Assembly: GCF_037042905.1 (NCBI RefSeq)
Contig: NC_087245.1
Span: forward strand, 2,792,001 to 2,856,000
Direction of reading: 5' to 3'
DNA: 64,000 nucleotides
From: Lytechinus pictus
Taxonomy: Eukaryota
In this document: positions 13,538 through 25,995 of the stretch, one piece after another
How positions within the stretch are numbered: position 1 is the stretch's first letter
How the letters are laid out: each line of letters opens with the position of its first letter
Made by a program: the position numbers and the translations under genes
Notes under the pieces: generated by a model
Seen by the model: the letters and a program-made list of their open reading frames with translations, nothing else
The model's database searches: none
Told to the model about the DNA's origin: nothing

Positions 13538-14357
13538 TGAAGAGTTTAGTTGCAAAAGGGGTTAGGTCCACTTTGGACCATGCCGAGAAAAACCATGTTT
13601 TTTATTCTCACTTATTGCAATATTCTTATGAGAAACTAAATTGTCATGATGTACTACCCTATCATGTGAACATGAAATTGGGTATAAAAGAAATCTACAT
13701 GTCTTCAATTTTTTTCTATATATTTAAAAGAAATATATCATTGTGGACCTAACCCCTTTTGCAAGTAAACTGAAATGAATCAAATCTCTTTTGATTAAAA
13801 AAATTATTTCTCTTTGCCACTTTCATTCATGTTTTCATTTGAATTTCAAATTGTCTTTGGTATCATCAGAATGACAAAAATTTAGAGGTTTAGAGACAGA
13901 AAACAATAAAATTCATGAAAAATAGACCTAACCCCTTTTGACAAATGATTTCTTCAGAAGAGTTTAGTTGCAAAAGGGGTTAGGTCCACTCCAAGAAAAT
14001 CATTTTTGTAATTCTCCCATATTGCAATATTCTTATGCGAAACTGATTTTTTATGATACCCTACAATCAGAACATAAAATTAGGTATAAGAGAAATCTAC
14101 CTGTCTTCATATTTTTTAAGATATTCTTTTTCAAAAACATTCTGTGTGGACCTAACCCCTTTTGCAATTAAACTGAAATGACCCTAACCCCTTTTGAAAA
14201 AAAAAGGTGAATTTTCATTGCCACTTTAGTTCACTTTTTAATAGGAATTTCAGCTTTTCTTTGGTATCATCTTATAGAGCTACTAAAAATCTATACATTA
14301 AGACATAAAAATCAAATTTGATGAAAAATGGACCTAACCCCTTTTGCAAGTGAGCTC

Positions 14358-14361
<4 letters not shown>
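13538..14361. mobile_element. TIR element with an internal ~420-bp duplication, inserted in (TA)n
   Basis: TGAAGAGTTTAGTTGCAAAAGGGGTTAGGTCCA...TGGACCTAACCCCTTTTGCAAGTGAGCTCTTCA. The left end is repeated at ~13957, and GACCTAACCCCTTTT recurs several times internally. Confidence 0.75.
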
Positions 14362-14397
<36 letters not shown>

Positions 14398-14472
14398 AAT
14401 CAAAGAGTTCTGCGTCGGCGTCATAATGTAAAAACAAAAGAAGACTTAATTAGAACGCCGTGAGGAGACATA

Positions 14473-14783
14473 GGCCCGTATTCTGAAGTCGGGTTTAACT
14501 TAAACTCAGGTTTAAAGTTGTGGTTTAAGTATGGGAAGCCAAAAGTATAAATTTTTTTATCAAGTTGTATGTTTTTTATGTTTACTGTGCTCTTTCCTGA
14601 TTCATCGATGGTGAAGACAATCATCTATTTATACTTCCTAGACAATTATGAATGATTTGAGAGCCAAATGAGCTGAAGTATGATATCTCTACTGTTAGTG
14701 ATTTATGTAACAATTGGCTATCCATACTTAAACCACAACTTTGAACCTGAGTTTAAGTTGGACCCGACTTCAGAATACGGGCC
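14473..14783. mobile_element. MITE with GGCCC termini (PIF/Harbinger-like)
   Basis: ~60-bp TIRs GGCCCGTATTCTGAAGTCGGGT...ACCCGACTTCAGAATACGGGCC. Confidence 0.85.
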
Positions 14784-14786
14784 ATT

Positions 14787-14829
14787 AATCTTCCAAATTT
14801 TCGGTCATAGACCTTCTTCAGGGATGATT
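14787..14829 (-). ncRNA. Minimal type I hammerhead ribozyme motif
   Basis: The minus strand reads AAUCAUCC-CUGAAGA-A-GGUC-UAU-GACC-GAAA-AUUU-GGAAGAUU. It has both core boxes, a 4-bp stem II, a 7/8-bp stem I and a palindromic AAAUUU stem III. Confidence 0.65.
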
Positions 14830-15150
14830 TTATTATCCAAAACAGGTTGCATCATTTGGTGATGATACCAACGTGCAATAAATACAATGCGCAACAACAT
14901 AACGCGACAGGTGCATTGTTAGAAGATATTGTGACGTAATGAGTAAAGTCCAGGCAACTATTATGACGTAGAGTTAAAACGGCAAAAGAGTCTATTGATT
15001 CATCGGTAAGAAAGAAAAGTTTACTTGGTTTCAGGCATTGGGAAGGCGCGGAAAGACACATTCACAATATATATATATGTATATATATATATTTATATTT
15101 ATTGCGCGTTGGTGTCATCACCAAATGATGCAACCTGTTTTGGATAATAA

Positions 15151-15193
15151 AATCATCCCTGAAGAAGGTCTATGACCGAAAATGTTGAAGATT
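15151..15193 (+). ncRNA. Second hammerhead motif, with two substitutions
   Basis: AAUCAUCC-CUGAAGA-AGGUCUAUGACC-GAAA-AUGU-UGAAGAUU. Confidence 0.5.
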
Positions 15194-15809
15194 ATGTCTC
15201 CTAACGGCGTTTCTATTAAGTCTTCTTTTGTTTATATATATATATATATATATATAAATATATGCATATATATATAAACATTTCCCTGAATCAAAATGGC
15301 TTAGTTCTTTAACGACAAGGCTTTGAGCAAAATTATTTGATAAGAGTGTCTCTAACTTTGTTGCACAACATCCTAGTACAAAATGAAATTGAATTGCCCT
15401 TTGAGCAACCACATATGAAGGCGAAATAGTTTTTTTTTTCAAGATTCACAAAGGAAAGAAAAAGGTAAAGTAATGACAGTGATCTCCAACATTTCTAGCA
15501 GTTTATTTCATCACGTTTCATGCTGTACTCACTAATTTGACCAAGCTATTTTCGACTACTTCTTGTGTTTATGCAAAACATTATAGTTATCGGGATAAAT
15601 GTGAATAGGTTTAACGATGGTTGATGATTAATTGTACAAATCAAAATTTTAGCATTCATGAGAAGAAAAATCATAATTAAAAACAACATGAAATTAATGC
15701 GAAAATGGGAATTTTTAATCTAAATGAAGTAGTTATACAAAAAGTGAAGGGTCTTAAAAACCTTTTCTCAAAGCCTTTTTAAGTCAAGGGGACTTACTAT
15801 TGTGAAACA

Positions 15810-16830
15810 GGCGGAAGTCTGGTGTCAGGATTTTGAAATTGTGGGTTAACGTGTGGTGCTTGGTGGTCTGGTGTAAGGTGGTGAAAGAGTGCGTGTGTTG
15901 GTTGGTGTCTGGTGAGGGTGAGTGGATGAGACGGTGCATACGGCGGCGTATCTCGGGTTGCTTTGGGTAATCTGTTATGAATTAGGAGGAAGTGGGTGTT
16001 TATTACATGATGTGGGTGGGTGGATGGGGGTGTATGTAGGATGTGGGTGTGTGAGTAGATGAGGTAGTGTGTATTGGGTGGGTGGATGAGGGTGTGCGTA
16101 TTGCGTGGGTGTCTGGTGTGAGTGAGTATTGAGGGTGTTCATGCATTGTTTATCGGGGAGGGATGGCTGTGGGTTCTTTGTTATAATTTTGATGGGCGTG
16201 GGTGTGTATCGGGTGGGTGTCTCATGTGAGTGGGTGGATGAGGGTGTGTGTATTAAGTGGGTGTCTGGTGTGAGTGGGTTATTGGGTGTGCGTGTGGTGT
16301 TTAGCAGTGGTTGACTGGGGGATGTCTGTTGTGAGCTTGGTGGGTGTGTGTCTTGTGTGTGAGGGTGGGAGTGTATGTGTATTGGGTGGGTGTCAGTTTG
16401 TAAGTGGGTTGATGATAGTGTTTATTGGGTGGCGTCTGGTGTGAGTGCGTGGATGAGGATATGAGTGAGGGTTTTATCTTGAGTTGGTAGGATTAGATGT
16501 AGGTGTGTATCGGGTTAATGTCGGGTGTGAGTTGGAAGATGAGATGCACATTGTGGTTAGTGACTTAGGTTGACCGATGTGAGCTGGGTGGATTTGAGGG
16601 TGTGTGTGTGTATCGTCTGTTGTGAGTTTAATGGGTGTGAGTTAGATGTGGCAGTGCGTGTGATAGTTTTAATGTTTTCACGTATGTTGGGCGATAGGTG
16701 TCTATGAATAAAGTCAATATTTGTGCCCAATTTAAGCATGCAAATTCGGTATCTTTGGACTTGGTGAAAAGTACATGTGTAAGGGTGCGTGGGGGTGTGC
16801 GCGCACGTGTGTGTGTGTGTGTGCGAATGA
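15810..16830 (+). repeat. Degenerate G/T-rich low-complexity array
   Basis: Recurrent GGGTGTCTGGTGTGAGTGGGTGGATGAGGGTGTG-like units; the + strand is strongly depleted in C and A. Confidence 0.7.
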
Positions 16831-17490
16831 TGGAAGAGAAGAGGAAATAGTAAAATAAGTGGATGGTGAGAGGGGAATAATTTGAAAGAGATGGGAGAGG
16901 CTGGAAAACGTAGTAGGAGGAAGTTTGAATGCTGAAGTTGTATCAGACATCCGTATGTCTATTTTTTTTCAAATGAGAATATAACCCAATAAGAAAGCTC
17001 GAAATCGATTTCATATCAAAGGATGGTGGGTTTTTATCTGTATCCCTGATTGATGTAATTTGACACCCATTTTTGCTCCTCCATTTTTTACCACCTGGGG
17101 AGGGGTGTTTCAGAAAAATTTAGGGTTAACCCAAATTGCACGCAATGTAACATATCACTATTTGCCATGTCTTCTCATGGGCAAGCGCTACAGGTAAACA
17201 TCAAGATGTAGCGTGTTTGTGTGCGTTTGCGCTTTAAGTGTACATTAAGACGCTCTCGTCAGTCGCGATCGCTATATTATCAGTGTTTCCCCTGTTGATG
17301 CGAGATCGGTGGAAAATGATCAGAATATATTCATTAAGAGTAAAGTAATTTCCTTGCAGTATCGATTAATCCCAAACTTTAACAAAGGCATTCCACTGTG
17401 TTTTTTAAACGTTAGAGGTCTTGTGAATAAATTTGATGATTTTAAATATGTTTTTTCAAAGGCGCTGTCTGATGTTGGAATAATCGGAAT

Positions 17491-20201
17491 CGGTTTCAAA
17501 CCGCCTCGATCACAAGAATCCCCCTTAAATTACGAGAAAATTTTTAGGCTAATAAATACCCATTAATTATTCCTGCTTTCACACCGCCCCGAAACATGCC
17601 CTTCGGGATAAATTCCTGAAGTTAGGAGCAGGCAAGGCGCGAGATTCAAAACCACTAGCCCAGCTGCCCAGCAGCCACCCAAGGCGCCCGCGCCCAACGA
17701 CACGCTGGGCTAAAAGTTCCCGTAAATTGCTTTCACATTGCCAAAATACCTGCGACCTTGGAAAAATCCCCGCGAAAGTTCTCGTAATTTCCCAAAGTAC
17801 CTACTATTTAGCGGGTATTTTCTTTCGGGGAAATTACGCGTAGTTTGCTTTCACATTACCAAAATACCTGGTATTTTCTGATCGGGGTAAATTTCCCGAT
17901 CAGAGAATACCTGGAACTGACGGACTTCGAGGCGGTCTGAAACCACCAACCGTAGTACATCACTAGGCAGTTTCAAACCGCCTCGATCACAAGAATCCCC
18001 GTTAAATTACGAGAACATTTTTAGGCCAAAAAATTTAGCGGGTATTTTCTTTCGGGAAAATTACGCGTAGTTTGCTTTCACATTACCAAAATACCTGGCA
18101 TTTTCTGATCGGGGTAAATTTCCCGATCAGAGAATACCTGGAACTGGCGAACTTCGAGGCGGTCTGAAACCACCTATTAATACTACTTGTTGATTGCGTC
18201 ACCCTAGTAGGAGTGTCAATCATTTGAACAAATTGGTAGGTTTCATTCAGTGCTTCCAGAGCGCGTGTTTCTGCTAATGATCTATCTTTATCAAAATTGC
18301 AAATCCCCGTTAAATTACGAGAACATTTTTAGGCTAAAAAATACCCATTAATTATTCCTGCATTCACACCGCCCCGAAACATACCCTTCGGGATAAATTC
18401 CTGAAGTTAGGAGCATGCGCAATATGGTCTAATAAGCAGGCAAGGCGCGAGATTCAAAACCACTAGCCCAGCAGCCACCCACGGCGCCCGCGCCCAACGA
18501 CACGCTGGGCTAAAAGTTCCCGTAAATTGCTTTCACATTGCCAAAATACCTGCGACCTTGGAAAAATCCCCGCGAAAGTTCTCGTAATTTCGCCAAGTAC
18601 CTACTATTTAGCGGGTATTTTCTTTCGGGGAAATTACGCGTAGTTTGCTTTCACATGACCAAAATACCTGGTATTTTCTGATCGGGGTAAATTTCCCGAT
18701 CAGAGAATACCTGGAACTGACGAACTTCGAGGCGGTCTGAAACCACCTTTTGGGGAAATTTCTCGAAGTTATGAGCATGTACAGTACTGTCTGGTAGCAG
18801 ACGAAGAAGCGCGCGCTTTTAGCGGTACGATCGGGGGACGGCCGGGGAGCGAGGGAAATCCACCTGCGGCTGGCCTAGCTCTAGCACGTACAAACTATAC
18901 TCGATCGTATGCGCAAATCATTTGTTCCCTTGATCATCTGCAATTGCACTAGATTTCTCTCCACATTGAAATTAAGGCCTTGGTGGCCTCCTCACTCCAG
19001 TGCAATGTCATCTGGTATGAAAATTTAGAATACCGGTAAATATCACCCTTAATTCGTAAAACTATCTTTTTAAGAAGAAGAATCAACCGCCTAGTCAAAG
19101 TCGAACCCCGAGTCACGTCGCATAAAAAGTGTACGTATGTTTATCGCTGCATAGCGCATGCACTGGCGCTGGCTTGCTCGCTCGGTAGGCCTCGCATCAG
19201 ATATAGCCTGCATATCCGGTCCCACGAGCCTAATTACATCAGGAGGGCTAAAGATATTCGTTCGACCCAACCCATTCGAATTTTTGTCAATTTGATATTG
19301 CTGATTGACAAAAATGTATGAATGTGATTCAAAATCTAACACTGATTCTAGAAATGGTAACTACTGAACTTACTTCGCCCAAATTGGGAAGATAAATAAG
19401 TGACTTGGAACTATTTTTTGACTGGCGGAATAATTAGGGCTATTTTACTGTTTCAGTTGATGAATTCGATCGATTCATAGTTATCTTCATAAATGGCGAT
19501 TTATTTTTAAAATGAGCTGGCTACGGTACCCTTTCCTGGTCAGATTTGGAATGTCAGATATATATCCTATCCATTGGTAGTAAACATTCCACCCTCTAAT
19601 TTCACATTTATTTTTTATGAATTTTTCAAAAGTGCCATTTTAACACACAAGTCTATGGGGAATGTTTTACGCGCGTGACACCTTTAAGTAATATGGGAAA
19701 TCTATAGTATGGATGGAATACCTGGCCAAACTCTTCAGTATCAAACAATTTCTCACTGATATCAATATGTTTAGTCATCAAGTGGTGCAAAAAAATGGAT
19801 TTAATGGCTAGCAGGGCTACATCAGGTAAAGTTAGTAAGTATAGGTCTGTGTAGCCTAGGAATGTATGTAGATTGGTCAATGTATAGAGTCAAGGCCTCT
19901 TTATGTTCTGATTTATCATTGTTTTGTGTTAGTGTACATCACCTACTTAGCATTAGAAAGACCTTTAGAAATTGCTCATGTTGAAATTGTTCTTAGGAAG
20001 GGGGTAGGTAGAGAGGAGATAGAACTTTGAGAACTTTACTGAAGAGAACTAGAGTGGTACCTTCAAGAAGGTATATAGAAAAGGGCACAGAGTAAGGTAA
20101 GGTATCTAATAGTGCTCAACTAAGGAGGGAGGGGGGGTGGCTGTGTGCTGCAATCTTAGTATAGCCCCCCCCCCTTTTATTAAGCCATGCCATCTATAAA
20201 A

Positions 20202-20245
<44 letters not shown>

Positions 20246-22088
20246 TTATGTATCTCTACCTTCTTACATCTGAGAGGCAACAGCCCTAGCAAGATTTTGA
20301 ATAGGTCAAATGCAAATATACTAAAGTAGTATCTCATTCTTTTATTGTTTCCTCATCCAATCTCATGTATATTTGGTATTTATGTTTGGGGCAATTCTGT
20401 TATCCTGATATCTACACATAATTTACATACACCTTTATATTACAATTAATAGGGACCTATATTGTCATTGCATTCACTGTTGGGCTATATGCAGGTAGGA
20501 TTTGTATACATCCATATACAGTGAAAATAACATGTATGGGTAACACATTAAAATGGGTGATTGCATAGAAAATTGGCATTTTCAATGCATTTCTTTGTAC
20601 TAGTGTGAGTGTACAGATATAAAAGAATAGCAAAGTAGCTATTCAAAAAAATAAAACACATAGGTCATATAATATAGGTCCCACGAGCCTAATTACATCA
20701 GGAGGGCTAAAGATATTCGTTCGACCCAACCCATTCGAATTTTTGTCAATTTGATATTGCTGATTGACAAAAATGTATGAATGTGATTCAAAATCTAACA
20801 CTGATTCTAGAAATGGTAACTACTGAACTTACTTCGCCCAAATTGGGAAGATAAATAAGTGACTTGGAACTATTTTTTGACTGGCGGAATAATTAGGGCT
20901 ATTTTACTGTTTCAGTTGATGAATTCGATCGATTCATAGTTATCTTCATAAATGGCGATTTATTTTTAAAATGAGCTGGCTACGGTACCCTTTCCTGGTC
21001 AGATTTGGAATGTCAGATATATATCCTATCCATTGGTAGTAAACATTCCACCCTCTAATTTCACATTTATTTTTTATGAATTTTTCAAAAGTGCCATTTT
21101 AACACACAAGTCTATGGGGAATGTTTTACGCGCGTGACACCTTTAATGCATATCGAACAGCGCGGGCTATGAACCGGAAATTCACTTATCGCGGTGATCG
21201 ATGGGATACAAGTTCCCGTAGTTTGCTTTCAGATTGCCAAAATACCTGCGACCCTGGAAAAATGCCCGCGAAAGTTCTCGTAATTTCCCAAAGTACCTTC
21301 TATTTAGCGGGTATTTTCTTTCGGGGATATTACGCGTAGTTTGCTTTCACATTACCAAAATACCTGGTATTTTCTGATCGGGGTAAATTTCCCGATCAGA
21401 GAATACCTGGAACTGACGAACTTCTAGGCGGTCTGAAACCACCTAGTGTACGAAACCAGAATTATTTACGGAATATGGTGTGATAACTTTATCTATCAGT
21501 GATCATTTTATGATTTTTGGAATTTTGTGTGGTAAAAAAATTTAAAAAGAATCCGAATGTATCACTTATAGAGCACAAGAATCCCCGTTAAATTAGGCTA
21601 AAAAATACCCAATAGGCGGTTTCAAACCGCCTCGATCACAAGAATCCCCGTTAAATTACGAGAACATTTTTAGGCTAAAAAATACTCATTAATTATTCCT
21701 GCATTCACACCGCCTAGAAACATATACCCTTCGGGATAAATTCCTGAAGTTAGGAGCATGCGCAGTATGATCTAATAAGCAGGCAAGGCGCGAGATTCAA
21801 AACCACTAGCCCAGCAGCCACCCACGGCGCCCGCGCCCAACGACACGCTGGGCTAAAAGTTCCCGTAAATTGCTTTCACATTGCCAAAATACCTGCGACC
21901 TTGGAAAAATCCCCGCGAAAGTTCTCGTAATTTCCCCAAGTACCTACTATTTAGCGGGTATTTTCTTTCGGGGAAATTACGCGTAGTTTGCCTTCACATT
22001 ACCAAAATACCTGGTATTTTCTGATCGGGGTAAATTTCCCGATCAGAGAATACCTGGAACTGACGAACTTCTAGGCGGTCTGAAACCA
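17491..22088. mobile_element. Cluster of about six copies of one ~450-490-bp TIR element (Harbinger-like)
   Basis: Ends GGCGGTTTCAAACCGCCTCG / CGAGGCGGTCTGAAACCACC. Copies lie at 17491-17947, 17966-18174, 18302-18747, ~18752-21443 (interrupted), 21574-21611 (fragment) and 21615-22088. Confidence 0.8.
19218..21146. mobile_element. Non-coding element with long terminal direct repeats (KolobokP-like), copy 1
   Basis: Direct repeats 19218-19687 and 20677-21146 look identical. Each has imperfect TIRs GGTCCCACGAGCCTAA / TTACGCGCGTGACACC and ends CCT-TTAA. The spacer is ~990 bp. Confidence 0.75.
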
Positions 22089-23317
22089 GTGAGAATAGCT
22101 TTCAGCATGATTTATGCAATGTAGATTGGAGTTTTCTAAATAGTGACGAAGGTATTGACTTTCTATGTCAAAAATGGAAGCAATCTTTATTGAATATTAA
22201 GTCACGGAGAGTTAAAGAAAAACATACACCATGGATAACAAGTGATATACGAGAAAACCGTATGATGATGAATTATGAAAAAACTAAATGTATGATTATT
22301 GGTACACGTGTTCGACTTGCAAACTCTATTCATTCCAATGAATCTCAGTTAAAAATTATTTGTAATGGTCACGAGATTATACAAGTTCAATCCTTTGAAT
22401 GTTTAGGTATACTTATTGATAATGAATTATCATGGAAAGAAGTTAGGTATCCTACGAAGGTTAAAAGGTTGTGTCAATGAAAATACTTTACTCACTTTAT
22501 ATAATGCTATGGTTTTGCCAATTCTAGATTATTGTTGTATTGTCTGGGGGGGGGGTAAATTCAAAGAAGATACCGAAAGATTGAATAAGTAACAGAAAAG
22601 AGCTGCAAGAATAATTTTAAATGCCCATTTCTTGACCCCTTCGGAAAATGTATTTGCCCTCTTAGACTGGAAAAGATTTGAAGATAGAGTTCGCATTTTT
22701 AGATTTATTTTAATGTTCAAATCTATGAAATGTATTGCTCCCACTTGTCTGTCCAAACTATTTACTTTTAGGAAAGAAATTCATTCACACTGTACAAGAA
22801 GTTCCTCACAAAATAAGTTACACTTCCCAAAATGTCATATTGAATCATTCAAACACTCATTTCATTATCAAGCCGTCTCATTATGGAATAGTCTTCAACC
22901 TGAACATCAAAACATAAATTCCCTCTCAATTTTTAAGAAATATTTAAACGATAACCTTTAAATCCAGTTGCAGCTTTTTTTTTATAATAGTAAATATCTC
23001 CGATGTCAATTTCGATTATAATGTTCTATGTATGTATATTCCCTTCTTTCTAATGATGTCCGTAGTTAATAATTATTTATAGTTTCGTTTATATCTTACT
23101 TCAACTGTTATGTTCTATCATAATGTATGTATATTTTCTCATGTTTATTTTACTGTGTATAATAAGATATATTATGATTGTTTTTTAATATGCAGGACCC
23201 CAAGGGATAGCAATCTTTATGTTGAATGGGTATCCTTTTGAAATATTGTTAATAAATAAATAAATAAATAGATAAATCAGTAACCAGTGGTGATCAGTAC
23301 CCGGATCAGTAACATAC

Positions 23318-24888
23318 CGCCCTTTCACACGGTAAAACAATCGTAATTTGAATGATTCCAGTTAAAAAATAAGGCTAATGGCGAATATTTAGCACGTGTG
23401 AAACCAAACTAAAACATGATTAGAATCACGAACACTAATCACAACCACGAATTAAAATTCCATATTTAGTCGGCAAGCCCTCAAAAAGTAGTTTCTTTTA
23501 TCCAAGTGATATTCATGACTAGAGGGTTTTTGCATTGTTTTGCATTGTTAAGTGCGGACGAAAACATCTCTTTCTATTCAGTTATTACTGCTCTAAATTT
23601 TGACCAAATTTCATGTTTTTGGTATCTTTATTAAGAAGAAAAATCATTCTTTTAGGTCATGTGTCTGGATTTTTGAAAAGATTTTGTAATATATATATGT
23701 TAAACTTTTGATCTAAAACATGAAACAAAATAATTATTTTCATGCAACAAAAGTTGTTGTTTTTACACTTAATTTCTGGTTGGGCCCAAATAATTTTTAA
23801 ATTATGATAAAGCTGAAGATCTAAGCTTTAATAGGCCCTATTATATAATTTTTATAAGAAGAGGTATCTTAGATGGGTCAGCAGCCAGCTTTTCATAGAC
23901 CAAGTACATTTAGCAGTTTTAAAACAAGAATACTGCACTCTGATTGGTCATAGAGACCACACACCCACGCAAATTCCAATGTTCCCACACTGGGCCTCTG
24001 TAAGGTCACACTCACTATGTGGAAATCTCTTCAAATTACCAGCGCCTGTTGTTTTGAAAATAACCAATCAGAACTCTGGATTTTATGCTACTCAGAAATT
24101 TCATTAATCTCGTCTTGCATTTTGGTGGAAAAGGCTGGCTGCTGACCCATCTAAAATGTCCCACATATCAAGCGTGACATTGTAAGAAAGTATAGAGTTT
24201 GAATTTTCTGATGATAAAAATAGTATTTGTGCCCAAAACACAAAATTTCGCACAATTTGCAAGAGAAAACAGAGGAAGAAAATTCCGTTTGAGGCATCTT
24301 TTCATGCCTGAAATTCACTTATTTATCAAAATATGTTATTCAAAAGAAATAATTAATATAAAAGTGTAACGTTTACTCTTTCATAATTATGTTACAAAAA
24401 TAATCAATTTTACCCAAGGAGAAAGAAGTTAAATTCTTTGAGAAAGAAAGTCTCACAATTCACGAGATTTGCAGGGACATGAATTCAGCCACGAGAGGAC
24501 TTGGATAAATCTTGCTCATTTGCTCATTAACATAGGGGCTTGCAGACTGACTGTCACTCCGGATGTGAATTCCAGTTAAGTTTCGATCAATTTACGGTAC
24601 GAATTTTGCGGGTGAAAGGCTTGACCTCCAAAACATATTTTGGGGGCGGAGCTTACGTGACCTTTCAAGCACTCCGTAGATAATACATTTGTCATGCACT
24701 CATCGTTTTTTTAATTTGCGAAGCAGTGCTTTGATTGACAAGTCACCAAGGACACATACCGCCTTCGCTCGGGAATTTCAATTCAAATCACAGCTATCGA
24801 GTGAGAAAAGTGAAAGGTCTGATGATTCTAAAGACGAATTGCAATCATTATTACAGTGATCATTCAAGACTCACGTGTGAAAAGGCCC
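23318..24888. mobile_element. MITE (GCCCTTTCACACG...CGTGTGAAAAGGCC) with a nested TIR element at ~23467-24549
   Basis: Outer TIRs as quoted; inner TIRs AGTCGGCAAGCCC...GGGCTTGCAGACT. Confidence 0.6.
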
Positions 24889-25995
24889 ATAAATACATGC
24901 GATCAATTACGGCTGATGTTAGCTACCACGGTCAATCACGGGTGGCATTAACATCAAAATGGGGTAACTCATCCTTAAGTAATTTTGGCAAAACAGAGAG
25001 TTCTTCACGACCTTTTGTTATTCGAGGATAAATTACCGATAAATTTAATACCAAAGTTCTTGATCTTTATTTTTTGACAACTCTACTGCATAGGCGGATC
25101 CAGGCCCCCCCCCCCCCTATTGGCGGAGCAAAAAAAAGGAAAAAAAGGGGGAAAGAAAGAAAAAAAGAAAAAGAAGGGAAAAGAGAGGAGAAAAAAGGAG
25201 AAACATAAGAGGAGGAAGACGAGCTAATAAAATAAGATGAGGGGAAGACTTAGAAAATAATGAAAAAAATCTTTCATGTCGGGATATAAAATTTTCGCTC
25301 GCGCTTCGCGCTCGCATTGCCTTTTAGGTGATTTACATATCTTGCTCAATATGGAACTTAAAATATCAAATTTTGAAGTCAATATACAAAACCAATTTCA
25401 GCTCGGAAATTGAACTTTCATTATTTTGTTTGATTTACAACTTGATTTTTAAAAGTGCTCTGTAAAAATTTCTGTTTTATGGTCTGAATATCAATATTTT
25501 CTGCTTGCGCTGCGCTCGCAAAATTTGATTTGTCAGGTACCTATTATTTCCTGTATTCCATAAAGTTATCAAAATATCCTTATTCAGGTCAGATTGTCAA
25601 AACGTATCAGCTAGCGCTGCAGGCTCGCACTTTGATTGGTGAGTTATGTATATCTCAATATTAATTCTAAAACAAACTACTTAAAATCCCCATTTGATGA
25701 CAGTTTATCATAAATTTCGGCTCGCGATTTCCGCTCGCGTTGATTGTTGAAAGATATTAACTCATGCATCTTATTCATAATTACAAAAGTGCTTTAAAAT
25801 AATGTCCAGTATTCAGGCCATAATATTAACCGATTTTGCGCTCTCATGCTTAGGAAGAGAAATAGGAAGATAGTCATTATTTTCATATGATGACATAATG
25901 TCCTTATAGAATGTCCCGGTCCTATGTCAAAACTCAAAGTAATAATAATGAAACATATCAGCTCTTTTTAAACTGTGATCCATATCCACGGTACC

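Larger units (their letters stand above)
14430..15233. mobile_element. Penelope-like inverted pseudo-LTR pair carrying hammerhead motifs
   Basis: Inverted arms 14430-14878 (split by a MITE) and 15103-15233, bordered by (TA)n. Each arm contains CTGAAGA-GGTC/GACC hairpin-GAAA. Confidence 0.6.
17386..23278 (+). mobile_element. Fragmented CR1/L2-like LINE with the RT core deleted, host to nested insertions
   Basis: APE endonuclease start FLNVRGLVNK (17400), SDH motif (~21500), tether PWIT (~22230), C-terminal KTKCM...LGILID...LDYCCIVWG...KRAARII, and an (AATA)n tail at ~23250-23278. Confidence 0.8.

Noticed and set aside
19218..21146. LTR retrotransposon/TRIM interpretation of the direct-repeat elements
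   Set aside because: No TG...CA ends and no evident PBS or PPT; each repeat has its own TIRs with AGG...CCT-TTAA termini.
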